From Octopus bimaculoides (lineage: Eukaryota): a stretch of DNA of 64,000 nt. Within the stretch, counting starts at the first letter, position 1; each line of letters begins with the position of its first letter. A program made the translations under genes and the position numbers. Below, one piece after another: positions 25,739 through 38,606 of this stretch. Under the pieces are notes generated by a model, which saw only the letters and a list, made by a program, of their open reading frames with translations, ran no database searches and was not told the DNA's origin. Location of the stretch: the NCBI RefSeq assembly GCF_001194135.2, contig NC_068987.1:24174581-24238580 (forward strand). Direction: 5' to 3'.

Positions 25739-27849
25739 GAATAAACGCTTTAATCGGTCAAAACAACTTTATAACATTCCCATAATATCATAAATGGAAC
25801 ATAAATATATATTAAAAAGATCAGGGCATCCGATGGTAAGACCCAATAGTATAAAATATACATATATATATGAATACAATAGGTGATTTAAATGAAGTCG
25901 AATGAAGAAAAATATATGGATTAAATTAATGCATATTAAAAACGACTAAAAATTTAAGGCAATGAAACTAAAATAATATAAATATGAATAAAGGACAAAG
26001 CAATAATCAGAAAAGAGTCCATTCGAAATCCAGCTCTATGATAGTTTCAAAAGACGTCGCCACACTTCTTTAATGTAAAATTCATTAAACAAATCCAAAG
26101 GCAATGACCTTTTTGTCAGGAGAATATTCTCAAAAGTCTCACATTTCTGGTTGTCTATCAATCTATATTTTATACTATTGGGTTTTACCATTGGATGCCC
26201 TGATGTTTTTAATCTATATTTAGGTTCAATTTATGATATGGTGGCTGTCCAATTGCATGTTATTAAATGGAAAAACAGTTAGCATGAATCACCATAAGAC
26301 ATTTTTGTGTATAAATATATTGTTTATTCTGTGTTCACCTTTTGTGGTGGGAGCATGTAGTATGATACAAAAACATGTGTTCACATACAAAGAAAATGTT
26401 GATTTTTGCTTTTGCACTGAAAGAAGTAACATACAATATTTGTATTACAGTATGTATACATGTGTGTAATGAGAACACTCATTTTGAGAATGTGTGTGTG
26501 ATAAAATATCTTCATTTACGAACAATATATCTTGTGTTGATGTGAATAGACATGTGAGTCGCACATGGGAGATTGCGCGTGGAGCTACAGAGAAGACATG
26601 TCTCTTTGAAACCTGGCAGGAACTGAGAGTTTCTACAGTGTAGTTCGGAATGAGGCTAGTGTCTCAGAACGAGGCTACTGTATCAAAGTGAGGCTAGACA
26701 CCTCATCGATATATTTGTTTGCTGTGCAAGTCAATTCACATATTACTATGTAATATGTAGTTCTTCTACAATGATGATATGATCACAGTAGTACCAACTA
26801 TAAGTATGCATGCACAGAAGGTAGTGTGATAATACTAAAGATATGTTACGGAAAAAGTGAGGATAATTTTTGACTTCCCCTTGTATGTGTATATATATAT
26901 ATACACATACATATAAATTTGACATGGGCAACTCTTTCTTGTCTTGGGATTCACGGTCAAATGGCTGGGTGGAATTGCATGAAAAATTATACAAATGTGT
27001 AGAATGATCCAGTGGTGATGCTAGGCTTTGTATTTTTTCATAGCTCCTATGGTTACTGAGATAATTTACTATAATAATACTCTTGTGTTTATGAATGAGA
27101 AAGGAAGGACTGATAGATGAATAAGGAAGGAAAGGGGTGATGTCATACTTGGTAGTGTGATGATGAAGGCTGTACGCTGAAAAAAAATAAATCAAACAGC
27201 ATTTCAACTGTGTGAATATATATATGTAAAACGGGAGGTTATGTGAATGTGTGTGTATTTGTGTGTGTGTGTACGCGCGCAATGTAAGTGGGATGGTTCA
27301 TCTTTATTCGCTTAGTATTTGGGTTTATTTTTCGATTTGGTTGAACCTTAGTGGTTTTTATTTTTTTGTTGGTCAGTTATTTTTAGCATATTGACAGAAA
27401 AACAACATTCTAAAATTGTTTTTTGACATAAGCGTGCCCAAACAAGTTGAATGCTTACACAGAACAGGTTTTACAGCTACATCATCCAAACCGACTGGAT
27501 GAAACCAGGCTTAGCTGCTAGTATATATATACAGTTATATACACACATATATCTACATATGTATATGTGGTATATATGTTTCTTTGTGTGTTTCCTTGTT
27601 TTTACATCATGCAATAGTTGTAAACAAGTAACATCATTATACAAGCAGTGTCCTTAGTTTCCAATATTCTGTAAAAATTGCAAAGACATGGGAAATATTT
27701 CCCTGCTTGAGGGTTGTTAACATGAAAGGCATCCAGTCATACAAAATCTGCTTCAAGGAATTTCATCTGACCCATGCAAGGATGGAAAAGTGGATGTTAA
27801 AAAGACAAATAGATAGACATATAGATTGGAGTTCAAAGTAATAGTTCAA

Positions 27850-30800
27850 TAGGTCTTTGTGAATCCATGCAGTGGACTCCATTATAAAATAATTTTCTCT
27901 ATGTATTAAGTGTTGCCTTCTTTACACCAGAAACTGGAGATTCTAGCCTCCTACACTATTAACAAGTTTGATATTAGTTTATCAATTTATTTCTCAGCGA
28001 ACACAGAACATAAACTTTAGAGTTAAATACAGTATAAAAACATACTGTAGAACAAAGCATGTAAAATAGCATTATCTGAATAGACTCATTACAGTACTCT
28101 TTCAAAGGACTACAAAATAAAGAAGGAAGACTAGTCAGTGTGAACTGTAGAAGTGAGCTGTGTTTGTTTTATTGTTTATTAGAGTTGAAATCCCTCAAAT
28201 TTTTTAAGTTCAAGGTAAACCAAAGTTTTACAACCCAAATTACCAAATGCCTGGTTAAATATTTCAGTCAGGTTGAAGAACATAATAAACTGTTTGCAGT
28301 GCCATCTTTGCTTGTGTAGAAGAGTATACTGAGATAACGCTGCCTTTGGTTCATCAGTAGATCTATTCACAGATAATTAAATAGTCTTGATATGGTCTCA
28401 TGTATACAATGTGCACAATCAATGCAAGATGAATTCAATTTATTGATAGTTTAATATGTACTCTAGTATATATTTTAGACCAATCATGTTAGCTGCAATT
28501 TTGAAATTTTGAAGAAAACAATAGGCACATTTGTCTACATCAAACGAAACAAAAGAGATAAAGAGATTATAAAGAAGTGAAGAGATACCGGTAGCATCTC
28601 TGACGACTGTAGTAGTTTTACAGCTTATTTCCAGTGTTTGTGATCAGCCAAAATATTTATCAGGCAAGGTTTAAAACAGATTATATCTCAATGCTATGGT
28701 TACCTCAAAATATGAAGATGTATATGATGAAATGAAATTCGACACTGACAGAATGCTTCACCACAAATTTCACTGTGATAAACTTTCTTCTGAATCACAA
28801 CGATTAATATAGCTTCATATCTATCATCAGTTTATATAGAGTCAAATCTCACTTTGGATATGAAAATGGCTTGTTACAGGTAGTTTTTCCTATAGAAGGA
28901 AAATCAAATTCAACAATGCAAGTAAAGAGATTATTCATCACTTGAACATTGCTGCTACTGCATGCAGAGGCAAGTTGTTCCTAAACTGCAGTACATATTA
29001 CAGCATGGTACACTGGGTTGAGAAGAATATAAACTGTTGACATCACAATCAGTTATTCCTACACAGCAGAACCTATTTCAGCTAGATGTATTTAGTTGAG
29101 AAAAGAATACAAACTGACATTGCCACTTGGTATGTGCTATGCTCTTCATTCAGCGATCCATACTTTACTCAGAGCTACAACTTCTGAGAATTTGAATGTA
29201 TTTGTTTGTGATTTGAAATTCCATTTCAGTTTGTGGTTACTCATTCATGTGAACACGCTTATGGGAAGTTAAACTACCACTTTGAGTAAAAGTCTTATCA
29301 CAAATATCACAATGGAAGGGTTTTTCACCAGTATGAACACGTATGTGATTAGTTAAGCTACAACTATGAGCAAAATCTTTACCACAGATATCACAGTGGT
29401 AAGGTTTTTCACCAGTATGAATACGTTTATGATCAAGCATACTACATTTGTGTAAAAATGCTCTACCACAGATATCACAATGGTAGGGTTTCTCACCACT
29501 ATGAATACGCTTATGCTTATGCATAGTGCCTTTGCAAGAGAATGTTTTACCACAGATATCACAACAGTATGGTCTTTCACCAGTATGCATACGTTCATGT
29601 ATAAGCATACCATCTTTCTGTGAGAAGGATTTACCACAAAACTCACAGTGGTATGGTTTCTCATCTGTGTGAACACGTTTGTGAAGATTTAGCTGATAAC
29701 TTATTGAAAATGCTTTACCACAGATATCACAATGGAGTCGTTTCTCACCTGTGTGAACGCTTTTATGACTAATTAATTGTCCTCTCTCAGAGAATGCTTC
29801 ACCACAGATATCACAGTGGTATGGTTTCTCACCTGTATGAATACGTTTATGTACAGACAAAAAGCCTTTAACCATGAACTTTTTACCACAAATATCACAT
29901 CGATAACGCAGTGAACTTGTGTTAATAAATTTCTGTTCACTGATATTACTAAATGTTTTAGAAGACTTATCAGGTAGTTTTAATTTCTTTCCTGTATTTG
30001 TCAGTCTTTTATGAGATACACGAGTATTCTTGGAGAGGTTTTCACTCTCAACCTCACTCCCACACAGTTTATCTTCCATAATTTCTTTTTGCGCCAATAT
30101 TTCAAAAAAGAAGCAGATATTAGACACTACAGAAAAACAGTTGTAGTATAATGTCAAATCTCCTCTAATATGACCACCACAACCCAGCCAGTATATTTCC
30201 AATCAACATAACAATTGTTAATTAAATCAAATCTTTTCGAGTAATCCAATCACAATTAGATAAACAATGTCACAAGCTTTCTTGATGATTATGTCATTCT
30301 GTAGTCTTCAAAATTTTGTATATATGTAAATATATTTTCTCTCAATGTCACCAGAAAATCTGAAATTAAAAAAAAAAAAAACATAATAGATAAGCAATAA
30401 TGAACTAAAAAGACAGAAGTTACTTACAAGAAAATATTTACTGGTAGACATTAAAAATTAGTCTATTACCCACTTACCCACAAGAATGTTAGTGCTGTAT
30501 CTCTAATTTAAAACTGAACTATATTTTGATAAGCTTCAGCCTACTCAAATATTGTTAACCCTTTTGATATCAACCTACTCACAATCTTCTTTTGTAAGCC
30601 TCTGATCTTCAAAAAGAACACTCTCTTTATTGTAGTTTGATTTCCTACACAAAAACACTTCAGCAACCTAGAACACAAAGAGAGATGTATCCCAAGACCA
30701 TTATTCATTAAGCAAACCCTATTAAACTACTTTACACAATGTTACCTTATAAAATTAAACCAATCTACCACACACTAGTGTGTTAGCACTTATTTATCCT

Positions 30801-33230
30801 GTACCTCATGATTTACAGCACCTTCATAGGAAAAAGCTTTGAGTTGGTTGATTTAGTCTTACATTTAAGGAGAGAACTTTGTCCAACGACCAGTATGGTG
30901 TAGTGATTGTATTGCTTGGTTTCTTCCTTGACACTTTCGATTTGGTTATATTTTAGGGTGTAAAGTTTCTGGTTTTGTATCCAGCTTTGAAAGGAGCTTA
31001 ATTCTTTCAATACCTTCTAGTCTAAGAACACTTCTGTTCTGTTACAATCTTCCTATTTTTCAGTGAGTTAAATTAAAGCCTTCCATCTAAATATCATGTT
31101 AATCTAGGTTTCATATACCAGCTTCATATTGACGATGTTATTTTTCAAAATTCTTCAGTGGTTAATAAGAGGAAGGGTATCCAGTAATAGCAAGCAAGCC
31201 AAAAATGGCATGTATGAGCAGTAACTTCAAATAGAAAATAATTCAAACCCTTGCTGACAGAGAAAGTAGATAATGATCTACAAGTTCATAAATATAATCC
31301 CAATACAAACTGATACAGTAACTTATTTACACAAAAGAAAAAATACGGCATCCAAACAAGTTTGATGCACCAAAAGAAAGAACGTAAAAAATGGAAAAGA
31401 GAGAAAAATTCTTCTGTCTTCCACAGACTAATATGTAGTGCCCACCCAAATTAAAACTATAAATATTAATAATTAGAATAACATTTAAATTCCATCTTAG
31501 TAATTTGGAAGTGACAAGGGCATTCATATATATAGTGTTTGGAGGGACATATTATCTGGTCGGATACCATGGTAGCTCTCAGTTATGTTCCAGGTTATGG
31601 CTAACCACATTGATGATGAACAAACCTCCATATTCTATATCATCATAATTATTGATTAATGATGATGATGGTATATAGCAATCATTTAGTGTATATTTTT
31701 GCAATGGAGTCAAGAGGTAAATGGCAAAATACATCAAAATGGTTAAATGACAGCATTTAAACATTTGAGAATCAGTGAAATAAAAGATTCCTCATTGCTG
31801 AAAAGACTTATAGTTATTTTGCCCTACATTATCCTAGAATGAACTGATATATAAAATATGTTGCAGAGGTTTGCTTGTACATCAAAAAATGACATTGTGC
31901 AATGTTTCCTGTTTTGCAAGGACGCTATGATGGACACACACACACGTAGATGGACGTATAAATTATGTGCTCACAAATTTCACTTTGCAAACATGTGGTT
32001 TTGGGTTCCATCCCACTGCATGGTACCTTGGGCAAGTTGCTTATACTACAGCCTCTGACTGATGAATGCCTCTTGAGTGAAATTTTGAGTAAACTGAAAC
32101 TGTACAGAAATTCATCGTAAAGGGTTTTGTACATTGTTAGATGGCTAAAATGGTTCTTCCACGATGTTCATAAGTAATCGATCCTGTCACTAAACGCACG
32201 TATTTCGCTAACATTCTGTTAATTCCGTACACAATGATTTTTCCCCTCACCGAACATGTAACGAATCTCGTTCTATGCACGCGCGTACAACCGTGTGTGT
32301 GTGTGTGTGTGTGTGTACAGGCAGTTTAAGAGAAGAGAAAGATGATTCTGGTTAATTAAGTTTAAACTTTTTTCCTTCTTATTCTTAGTTTCGTGAACCA
32401 TTTTATCACTTTCTGTCACATAAATCCTCACACAGCTATGCTGTCCTCAATCTATAAACCAAACCCTGACAGCAGAAAAATAAACAAAGCGACGTAACAG
32501 CCAATAGTTGGGTAAAACGCATTTTCCCTAAACATGTTTCAAGACATCTGGACAACAGATGTGCATAAGATGTATTTAATATAGGTAGGTATAACAATAC
32601 TCACATGACAATGTAACCCCAATTTAAAATGTAGGTGTAGTAAAGCAGACAAGTGGTGCAAAAATTCAATAGACATTGATTTATTAAAAACCTCTAATGC
32701 TCACGACAAACCATGACTTCCTTCAAATAAAAAAAAAACTTCAAAGTGCCAGTGTGTATTTTTATAGTAAAATTCACCTTTTATACTGTTTGAAGACTGA
32801 CTGGTGTTGTAAACAATAACATCAGTGGAAGAGTCTATTTTGATAGCCTTAAACAATATCAGGGGAGTTAACTCTACCATCATTAATAACTCAGTAAATT
32901 TATAAACCTCTTCTATGAACAGCTGCTAGCATTAAGCTAGAAATATATTAAGTGCTACGAAGATATTTGTAGCAAAGTATTAAGGTTTCAGTCAGTATGA
33001 AGTGGAATAATTTAACTTCGCATCCTAATTCAAGAAGGAAAACAATAAGTACCTCAGCCACATAGTAGAAACGGAACTAGAACTCTTTTATACAAAATGC
33101 ATAAAATATCCACCAATATAATTAATTCTCTCTCTCTCTCTGAAATGTTACTGTTAATTAATGGTAGTAAATTATTAAAAGGTGAGGAAAGAGCTGAATG
33201 ATAACATAATGTCAGGTTATAATTAAGATG
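27850..33230 (-). repeat. Segmental duplicate of about 20030-25150 (Z3/Z4 duplication unit with flanks)
   Basis: Colinear non-coding homology at 27850-28200 vs 20030-20350 and at 32480-33230 vs 24420-25150. Confidence 0.8.
29237..30079 (-). CDS. Poly-C2H2 zinc finger protein Z4 (280 aa, 8 fingers), paralog of Z3
   Basis: ATG at 30079 (MEDKLCG). The leader and first four fingers are nearly identical to Z3. Confidence 0.92.
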   Translation of the reverse strand: MEDKLCGSEVESENLSKNTRVSHKRLTNTGKKLKLPDKSSKTFSNISEQKFINTSSLRYRCDICGKKFMVKGFLSVHKRIHTGEKPYHCDICGEAFSERGQLISHKSVHTGEKRLHCDICGKAFSISYQLNLHKRVHTDEKPYHCEFCGKSFSQKDGMLIHERMHTGERPYCCDICGKTFSCKGTMHKHKRIHSGEKPYHCDICGRAFLHKCSMLDHKRIHTGEKPYHCDICGKDFAHSCSLTNHIRVHTGEKPFHCDICDKTFTQSGSLTSHKRVHMNE

Positions 33231-33299
33231 ATAGAGTTGTTGCGAGGGTTGGCTGATCTGAGGTGATGACTGGTTTAGTTGAATGAAAATATGTTTCTT

Positions 33300-34140
33300 G
33301 GGCACCATGAAGAAGTAACTAACAAGAAATATCTTGGAGTCTAAATTCCTGGTGAAGCCACATGTAAAAAGAAATTAGGACACGGCTAACCAAGACAAGA
33401 ACGTCTATGGAAAAGCTTAATAACATCTGGAGCAGCGAAAGTGTCCCAAGGGATCTTTCTGAATTGACGGGCACCATTTGTTTTCTTAACGAAACATTTT
33501 CAAACTTGGGATAACTGGTAGAATGTGTCATATAAAACATTTTTTTCTCTTAGCCTTCTTAAGAAAAATTTCAATATTGCAAGTCATTGCAAGTTGTCGA
33601 CAAAAAATTTTATCTGTTCTATAACACAAAATATACAAGTATACGACGTTTGAAAGTGTTTCGGTACCAAAAACACTACATAAAACATAAATGAAAAGTG
33701 GTGCCCGTCAATTCAGAAAGATCCCAAGTAAGTTATAAACAAGGTTACAGGCAGCGCTTATTTGGCCAATAGGCATTTTTGGTTGCGAAGCATGGACTCT
33801 GAACCAATTTGAAGAAAATATAATCGATGCGTTTGAAATGTGAAAGGATCATCGGACAAATGAATTGCTGTTAAAACAAGTAGGTGAAAGACGACAACTG
33901 AATATTGTGGAAAAAAAGAAAAAGCTCAACTGTTGTGGCTATATTCGAAGAAGCAGAGATCTGGAAAACATTAACGTTGAAGGAAGAGTAGAGATTAGTA
34001 GATCAAGAAGCAGGCAAAGAACGCAGTAGATGGACTATGTTAGCTGGTTGAACAAGGCAGCTGGAGAACACGCGTTTAATCGGGAAGATTTTCGTTGTAG
34101 TGTCTTCGATGCTCTGCAGACGTACGATATATGACGACGA
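33300..34140 (+). mobile_element. RTE-type LINE 3' relic interrupted by a MITE
   Basis: NNIWSSESVP|SKL*TRLQAALIWPIGIFGCEAWTL reads in frame once the MITE and one TSD are removed. A VEGRVE..RSRSRQR motif lies near 33980. Confidence 0.7.
33451..33724. mobile_element. 274-bp MITE with perfect 26-bp TIRs and 4-bp TSD CAAG
   Basis: GGATCTTTCTGAATTGACGGGCACCA at 33451-33476 and its exact reverse complement at 33699-33724. CAAG at 33447-33450 and 33725-33728. Confidence 0.85.
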
Positions 34141-34987
34141 TTGCTCAATGTGACTGATATGCTTATGAACGTTTACACATTGTTTACAATTAGATCAAAG
34201 AAAGGGAGCTCACATGCATTTACACATATAAATAGGACAAACGTCTTTCACTCACAAAGTATTGGCCAACCCTTGGCTGTGATAGAGGACATAAGCCAAC
34301 ACCGTTCACACAGTGGTGGCAAATCCCAGACCAATCTTACCTTTAAAAATTCTATAGTCCTTTTAATAGGAAACTCCATTAAATTAAATTGAATATATCA
34401 CTTTAGCGATACTGTGTAGTAAATAAAAGAGCAGGAGGAAAATATTATCAATTGTTGAAATGGCCCTTTATTTTCAAAGTTACAATGTAGAAGACAACTT
34501 CTTCGAGTTGTACACAAATTTGCAGTTTTGCTATCCATTCCGTATGTAGTTAACTTCAACTGTGGGTGACTGCTAGAAGACTAGTGGGAAAAGGAGTGAG
34601 AGAAAGAGTAAGTAAGTCTAACAAGTAGAGATGGAAAAAGTGTATAGTTCTTCGCATAAGGTACGTCTAGCTTGCCTACAAAAGTGTTAGGGGGCGATTG
34701 AGGTTTGCGTGGTGATCAAGGAAGGAGAGGACAGAGTTGTGTAAGCGACAAATATTGAGTAGGAGTAGGATAGTAACGTTAATACATATAGTTGTCATTC
34801 AGAGATACACATGTGCACGCTTTCAATCTCTTTCTCTGTCTCTCGCTTGCTTTCTCTCTGTCTCTCACTCTTTAACTGTTTCTCTCTCTCTCTCTCTCTC
34901 TGTGTAACACACACACTCATAAATCTATAGACAAGTATTTGACAACGTTTAAACTGGAAATAACCGAAGTATTTTACCATTTATGAA

Positions 34988-37215
34988 CAGACGATAAAGG
35001 AGTTATCGTCTGCTAAATACAGATTTCTAAAGGGAAATCTCTATCACTTAGTATCTTATCCCTTTTCGTGTTGTAATTTTCCTTCGTGTTCTATTCACAA
35101 AACCATCTAAATCACTTTTCTTTTCACGAAGACGACGTTTCAAGTCAACATTGAAGGTGAAGTACCTTATTAATTTCGTTTTTATTATTTACAAAATTAT
35201 AATTACTCATTCATCTATCTCAAAGTTAAAAATACAGATTTCTAAAAGGAAATCTCTATCACTTAGTATCTTATCCCTTTTCGTGTTCTAATTTTCCTTC
35301 GTGTTCTGTTCACAAAACCATCTAAAGTTTAAACTGAAGATGAAGTCCCTTACTGAATTTATTGAAAAATATTCAACAATATTAATTCACACCTTTAATA
35401 AAGTTATGGGTGATGGTAACTGTATGTTCAGAGCTCTGTCACTCTACCTCAAAAACAACAGAAACTACCGAACTCTTCCGGAAGAGTCCGTACGGTACAT
35501 ATGCAATAATTGGAAGTATTTTCATTCTTTTATTCCTAATAGTGCAATGCAGGAATACCAAGCATACATGAATAGGGATGGAACATACGACGGTAATGTT
35601 GAATTAGCTGCCATTAGTGGATTGTACGATATTGCAATTCAGGCTCATCACAAAAGTGACGATGAAATTCTTCTTCTTTTCATCATTTGTGGTCGAACAT
35701 TTACAGAAAGGAAGATTTCAGTGTTATATAGTGGCAAAATTGATAACGGCCACTGTGATGGTCTCTTTCCCTTAAACAATCATGAGTATGAAAGAAATAA
35801 AATATCACAAGTCAGTATAAAAAGACAAAAGAATGAGAATTCAAACATTTGATATGAAAATTGTAGAAGAAAGTAAAAACCATCGGAAAGTTAGGTTGCA
35901 AAAAATGATGGGACATTAGAGGAGAACAAGAAGGTGAAAAAGATAGAGAAATAAGATTGCAGAGAAAGAAGGAAAATTATAGAAATAAAAAAAGTACAAG
36001 AACATAAAAAAAGACTAAGAAAGACGATTGCAAAAAAGGAGAGAAAAAGGTAGAATAAATAGAAAATGAGAGTAAATGCGACCAAAAAATACGACTAAAA
36101 TGGAGAAAGCTTTTCAGGGAAAACCAGCAGAAGTATAGTCGATTTCAATGGCAAAGTGTAGCATTTAATTATGATACTAATCGTAATTATGCATCTGAAA
36201 AAATTGTCTCCTTGGGTTCTATGTGCAAGACATGTGAAAAGTGTAGTGCTAGGAATCATTAGGTATGTGCTGTTCTGAAGGTAAAGTCCATTTACCAATA
36301 ATTGAGCCTCCAGAACTTATAAAACATCTTCAGAATCAATGTGTATGCGTGTGCGCGCGCATGTATATGTATGTACTTCTCCACTTTCTATGTTTTAAAT
36401 ACCAGATATTACAGTTCTGCAAATAAAAGGGTTTTTTTTGTTTTTTTTTTAAATTGCAAATGCTTATCACTTTTTATCCTGCTTAATTTTAAAGTTTTTA
36501 TTATTTTGAAATGAAGAACACAAACATAGATGCTGAGCCAGTGACTAAACTAGTCGATTTGGCATGTTCATGGATAACAGACCGTTCAGCTCTGTAAAAC
36601 CTTATATGTTCCTGAGAAACAGACTGAATCATACCGACTCTAGATTTCGGTGAGATATACAATATCTTATGTTTTCTGTTGATAAAGCCGATAAAAGAGG
36701 TATTGAATCTGGTATATATGCCTTTATAAAGACTACCAAAAACAACTGCATGTCTATAAGCAAGTTTAAAAGACGGCTTGATGATAATGACAGGCAACTA
36801 GAGGGAAGTTGAAATATGATGATGGCCAATGTCCGTGGTTCCAAGCAATTTTGGTCTAGAAAATGTTCAGGATTGATGGCTATGGAAGAAAAATATGGCC
36901 CGGCCCTCTTGTTCCTAACTTTGTCTTATGCAGAGTACTTTTGGCCGGATCTGCGTGAATTTTTGGAAACGTTGAACGCAGATGGACCAAACATTACTAC
37001 AAAGCGCAACAATGAGCTGTATGCTGTTGTGGCAGTTAGTGAGCATTTCCACCATCGATTTGCCACCTTTATGAGAGAGGTCATTAGGCACAAAAACAGT
37101 CCTTTCGGCCTGGTCGAGCACTTCTTTCAGAGATTGGTATACCAGATGAGAGGTGCACATGTTCACATGAGACTGTGGATTAAAGGTGGCCCGTTTATGG
37201 ACAGAGACTACAACC
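34988..37215 (+). mobile_element. Truncated Helitron-family element: OTU protease, basic coiled coil, CxxC..CC zinc motif, Rep (HUH) fragment
   Basis: GDGNCMFRAL OTU motif. AFNY...SLGSMCKTCEKC...GMCCSEGKVHLP at about 36160-36310. RGSKQFW...LFLTLSYAE..WPDL and YQMRGAHVHMRLW Rep motifs. Multiple stops and frameshifts; boundaries are approximate. Confidence 0.8.
35340..35852 (+). CDS. OTU-family cysteine protease domain ORF (Helitron-borne; may be a pseudogene)
   Basis: ATG at 35340. GDGNC with Cys codon 35421-35423 and a C-terminal GHCD with His codon 35751-35753. Ends at a probable frameshift stop. Confidence 0.6.
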   Translation: MKSLTEFIEKYSTILIHTFNKVMGDGNCMFRALSLYLKNNRNYRTLPEESVRYICNNWKYFHSFIPNSAMQEYQAYMNRDGTYDGNVELAAISGLYDIAIQAHHKSDDEILLLFIICGRTFTERKISVLYSGKIDNGHCDGLFPLNNHEYERNKISQVSIKRQKNENSNI

Positions 37216-37253
37216 TTCATGTTGCGTGTGCTCTGTATTGGCCAGTTAATTAG
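36816..37253 (+). pseudogene. Helitron Rep-domain fragment (Helentron/Helitron2-like motifs)
   Basis: VRGSKQFW..AM..YGP..FLTLS and R..YQ.RG..HVH..LW motifs. Similarity stops near 37210 and no helicase follows. Confidence 0.75.
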
Positions 37254-37499
37254 GCAGCCGCTGTCAGGGGAGGTAACTGCACCTATAGAGGCCCCTTTTC
37301 CCTAGACCGGAAGTGGTTGAATAAGAGTAATGTAGGCGGAGTATGTATGCGCTAGGAGGGCACAGATGAATGAAACATGGCAAACCAGTTGTATGGATAA
37401 CTGAAAAAAAAAAAAAAACACAATGCCAGTAGGTACAAGGGAAAACGTTCAGCAAAGAAAGGTGTCCAATCAAATAGAACAAAGTATATCGCCTATATG

Positions 37500-37648
37500 G
37501 GCGATCTTTCGGTACGAGTCCTAAATATCGGCCTTTTCCCTGTTTCTCTCCAACACTTTTTACGGAAAAGGCCGATCTTTGGTAAAGATCGCCAAAGACA
37601 CTTTTTACAGAAAAGGCCGATATTTAGGACTCGTACCAAAAGATCGCC
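37500..37648. repeat. 149-bp inverted-repeat element (39-bp arms, 1 mismatch) with internal direct repeats
   Basis: 37500-37538 pairs with 37610-37648. ACACTTTTTAC(G/A)GAAAAGGCCGAT occurs at 37553 and 37598. CCTAAC-rich tandem repeats follow at about 37700-37745. Confidence 0.8.
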
Positions 37649-38606
37649 AAAATGGCCTTTATCAAGGGTCAAATATAGATTACCCATTCTTTGGCTACCA
37701 ACCTCTCACCTAACATTCACCTCTCACCTAACATTCACCTAACTTTATGAAATATAATATCGAAATAGCCATTGGCAATGCACAGCGATATGAAAATATT
37801 TTTGAATTCTATAAAGTGGTCGCAGAGTTACTTCCCCTGTTTGATGTTAGGTTCTCCCGTTTAAATCCTTTAGCTTTGGTTTTCAGCAGATACGCTATTG
37901 AATTATACACACACTCTGCATGGTAATTAACAATACAAACATAGTAGTGTTAATGGAAAGAGTATTATTTACAAAAAAATAACGGTTCATCGTAAACGCT
38001 CTGCTGAAGCTGTCAATGTTATTTTGGATTTTCAAGTCTCAACATCTGAGAACATTTTCAATATTTCGCATGTGAACTGCTTTTTATGTAAGTATAATTA
38101 AAATATCCATCAAAAACTTGTACATTTCGTTCTTTGATTTAATCAATAACATAACATGATATATGGTTCAACAAAGATAAGACATTTTACGAAAATACGG
38201 AAGCTACATTTTTTTAAAATTTCGTCATCATTATGCATTATTAATTAATTATCACTAAGTTAACCGTTGTGTGTCTGTTGGCATAATTGTGAAGCTAGGG
38301 AACTAACAGTGGGGTGGGTGGCCTAATTGTCATTTAGTTTTATTCTCTACATAATTTGACTTCCGGTGTCAAAGTTGCAACGGTCTAATGGCATTGGTAA
38401 CGTATCAACTAAAACCTTCCCCTCAATATTTGTAGGCTTGCGTTATTATATAAGAAACTGTTATTGTCGAGATATCCAATAAAAGTCCAAAAAGTGTCCA
38501 AAATGTTTTTTTGTTTTCTTATCCATCAAAAAACTGACAACTGTCGCAAATGTAAATAGTGTTAAATAGGTTTCCAATATTCTTTACTTTCTATTTTGAT
38601 TGTGCG

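Noticed and set aside
38350-38370. ETS-like ACTTCCGG and YY1-like AAATGGC motifs near putative promoters (also about 8125 and 53385)
   Set aside because: Short motifs not shared consistently across paralogs, and no TSS evidence.
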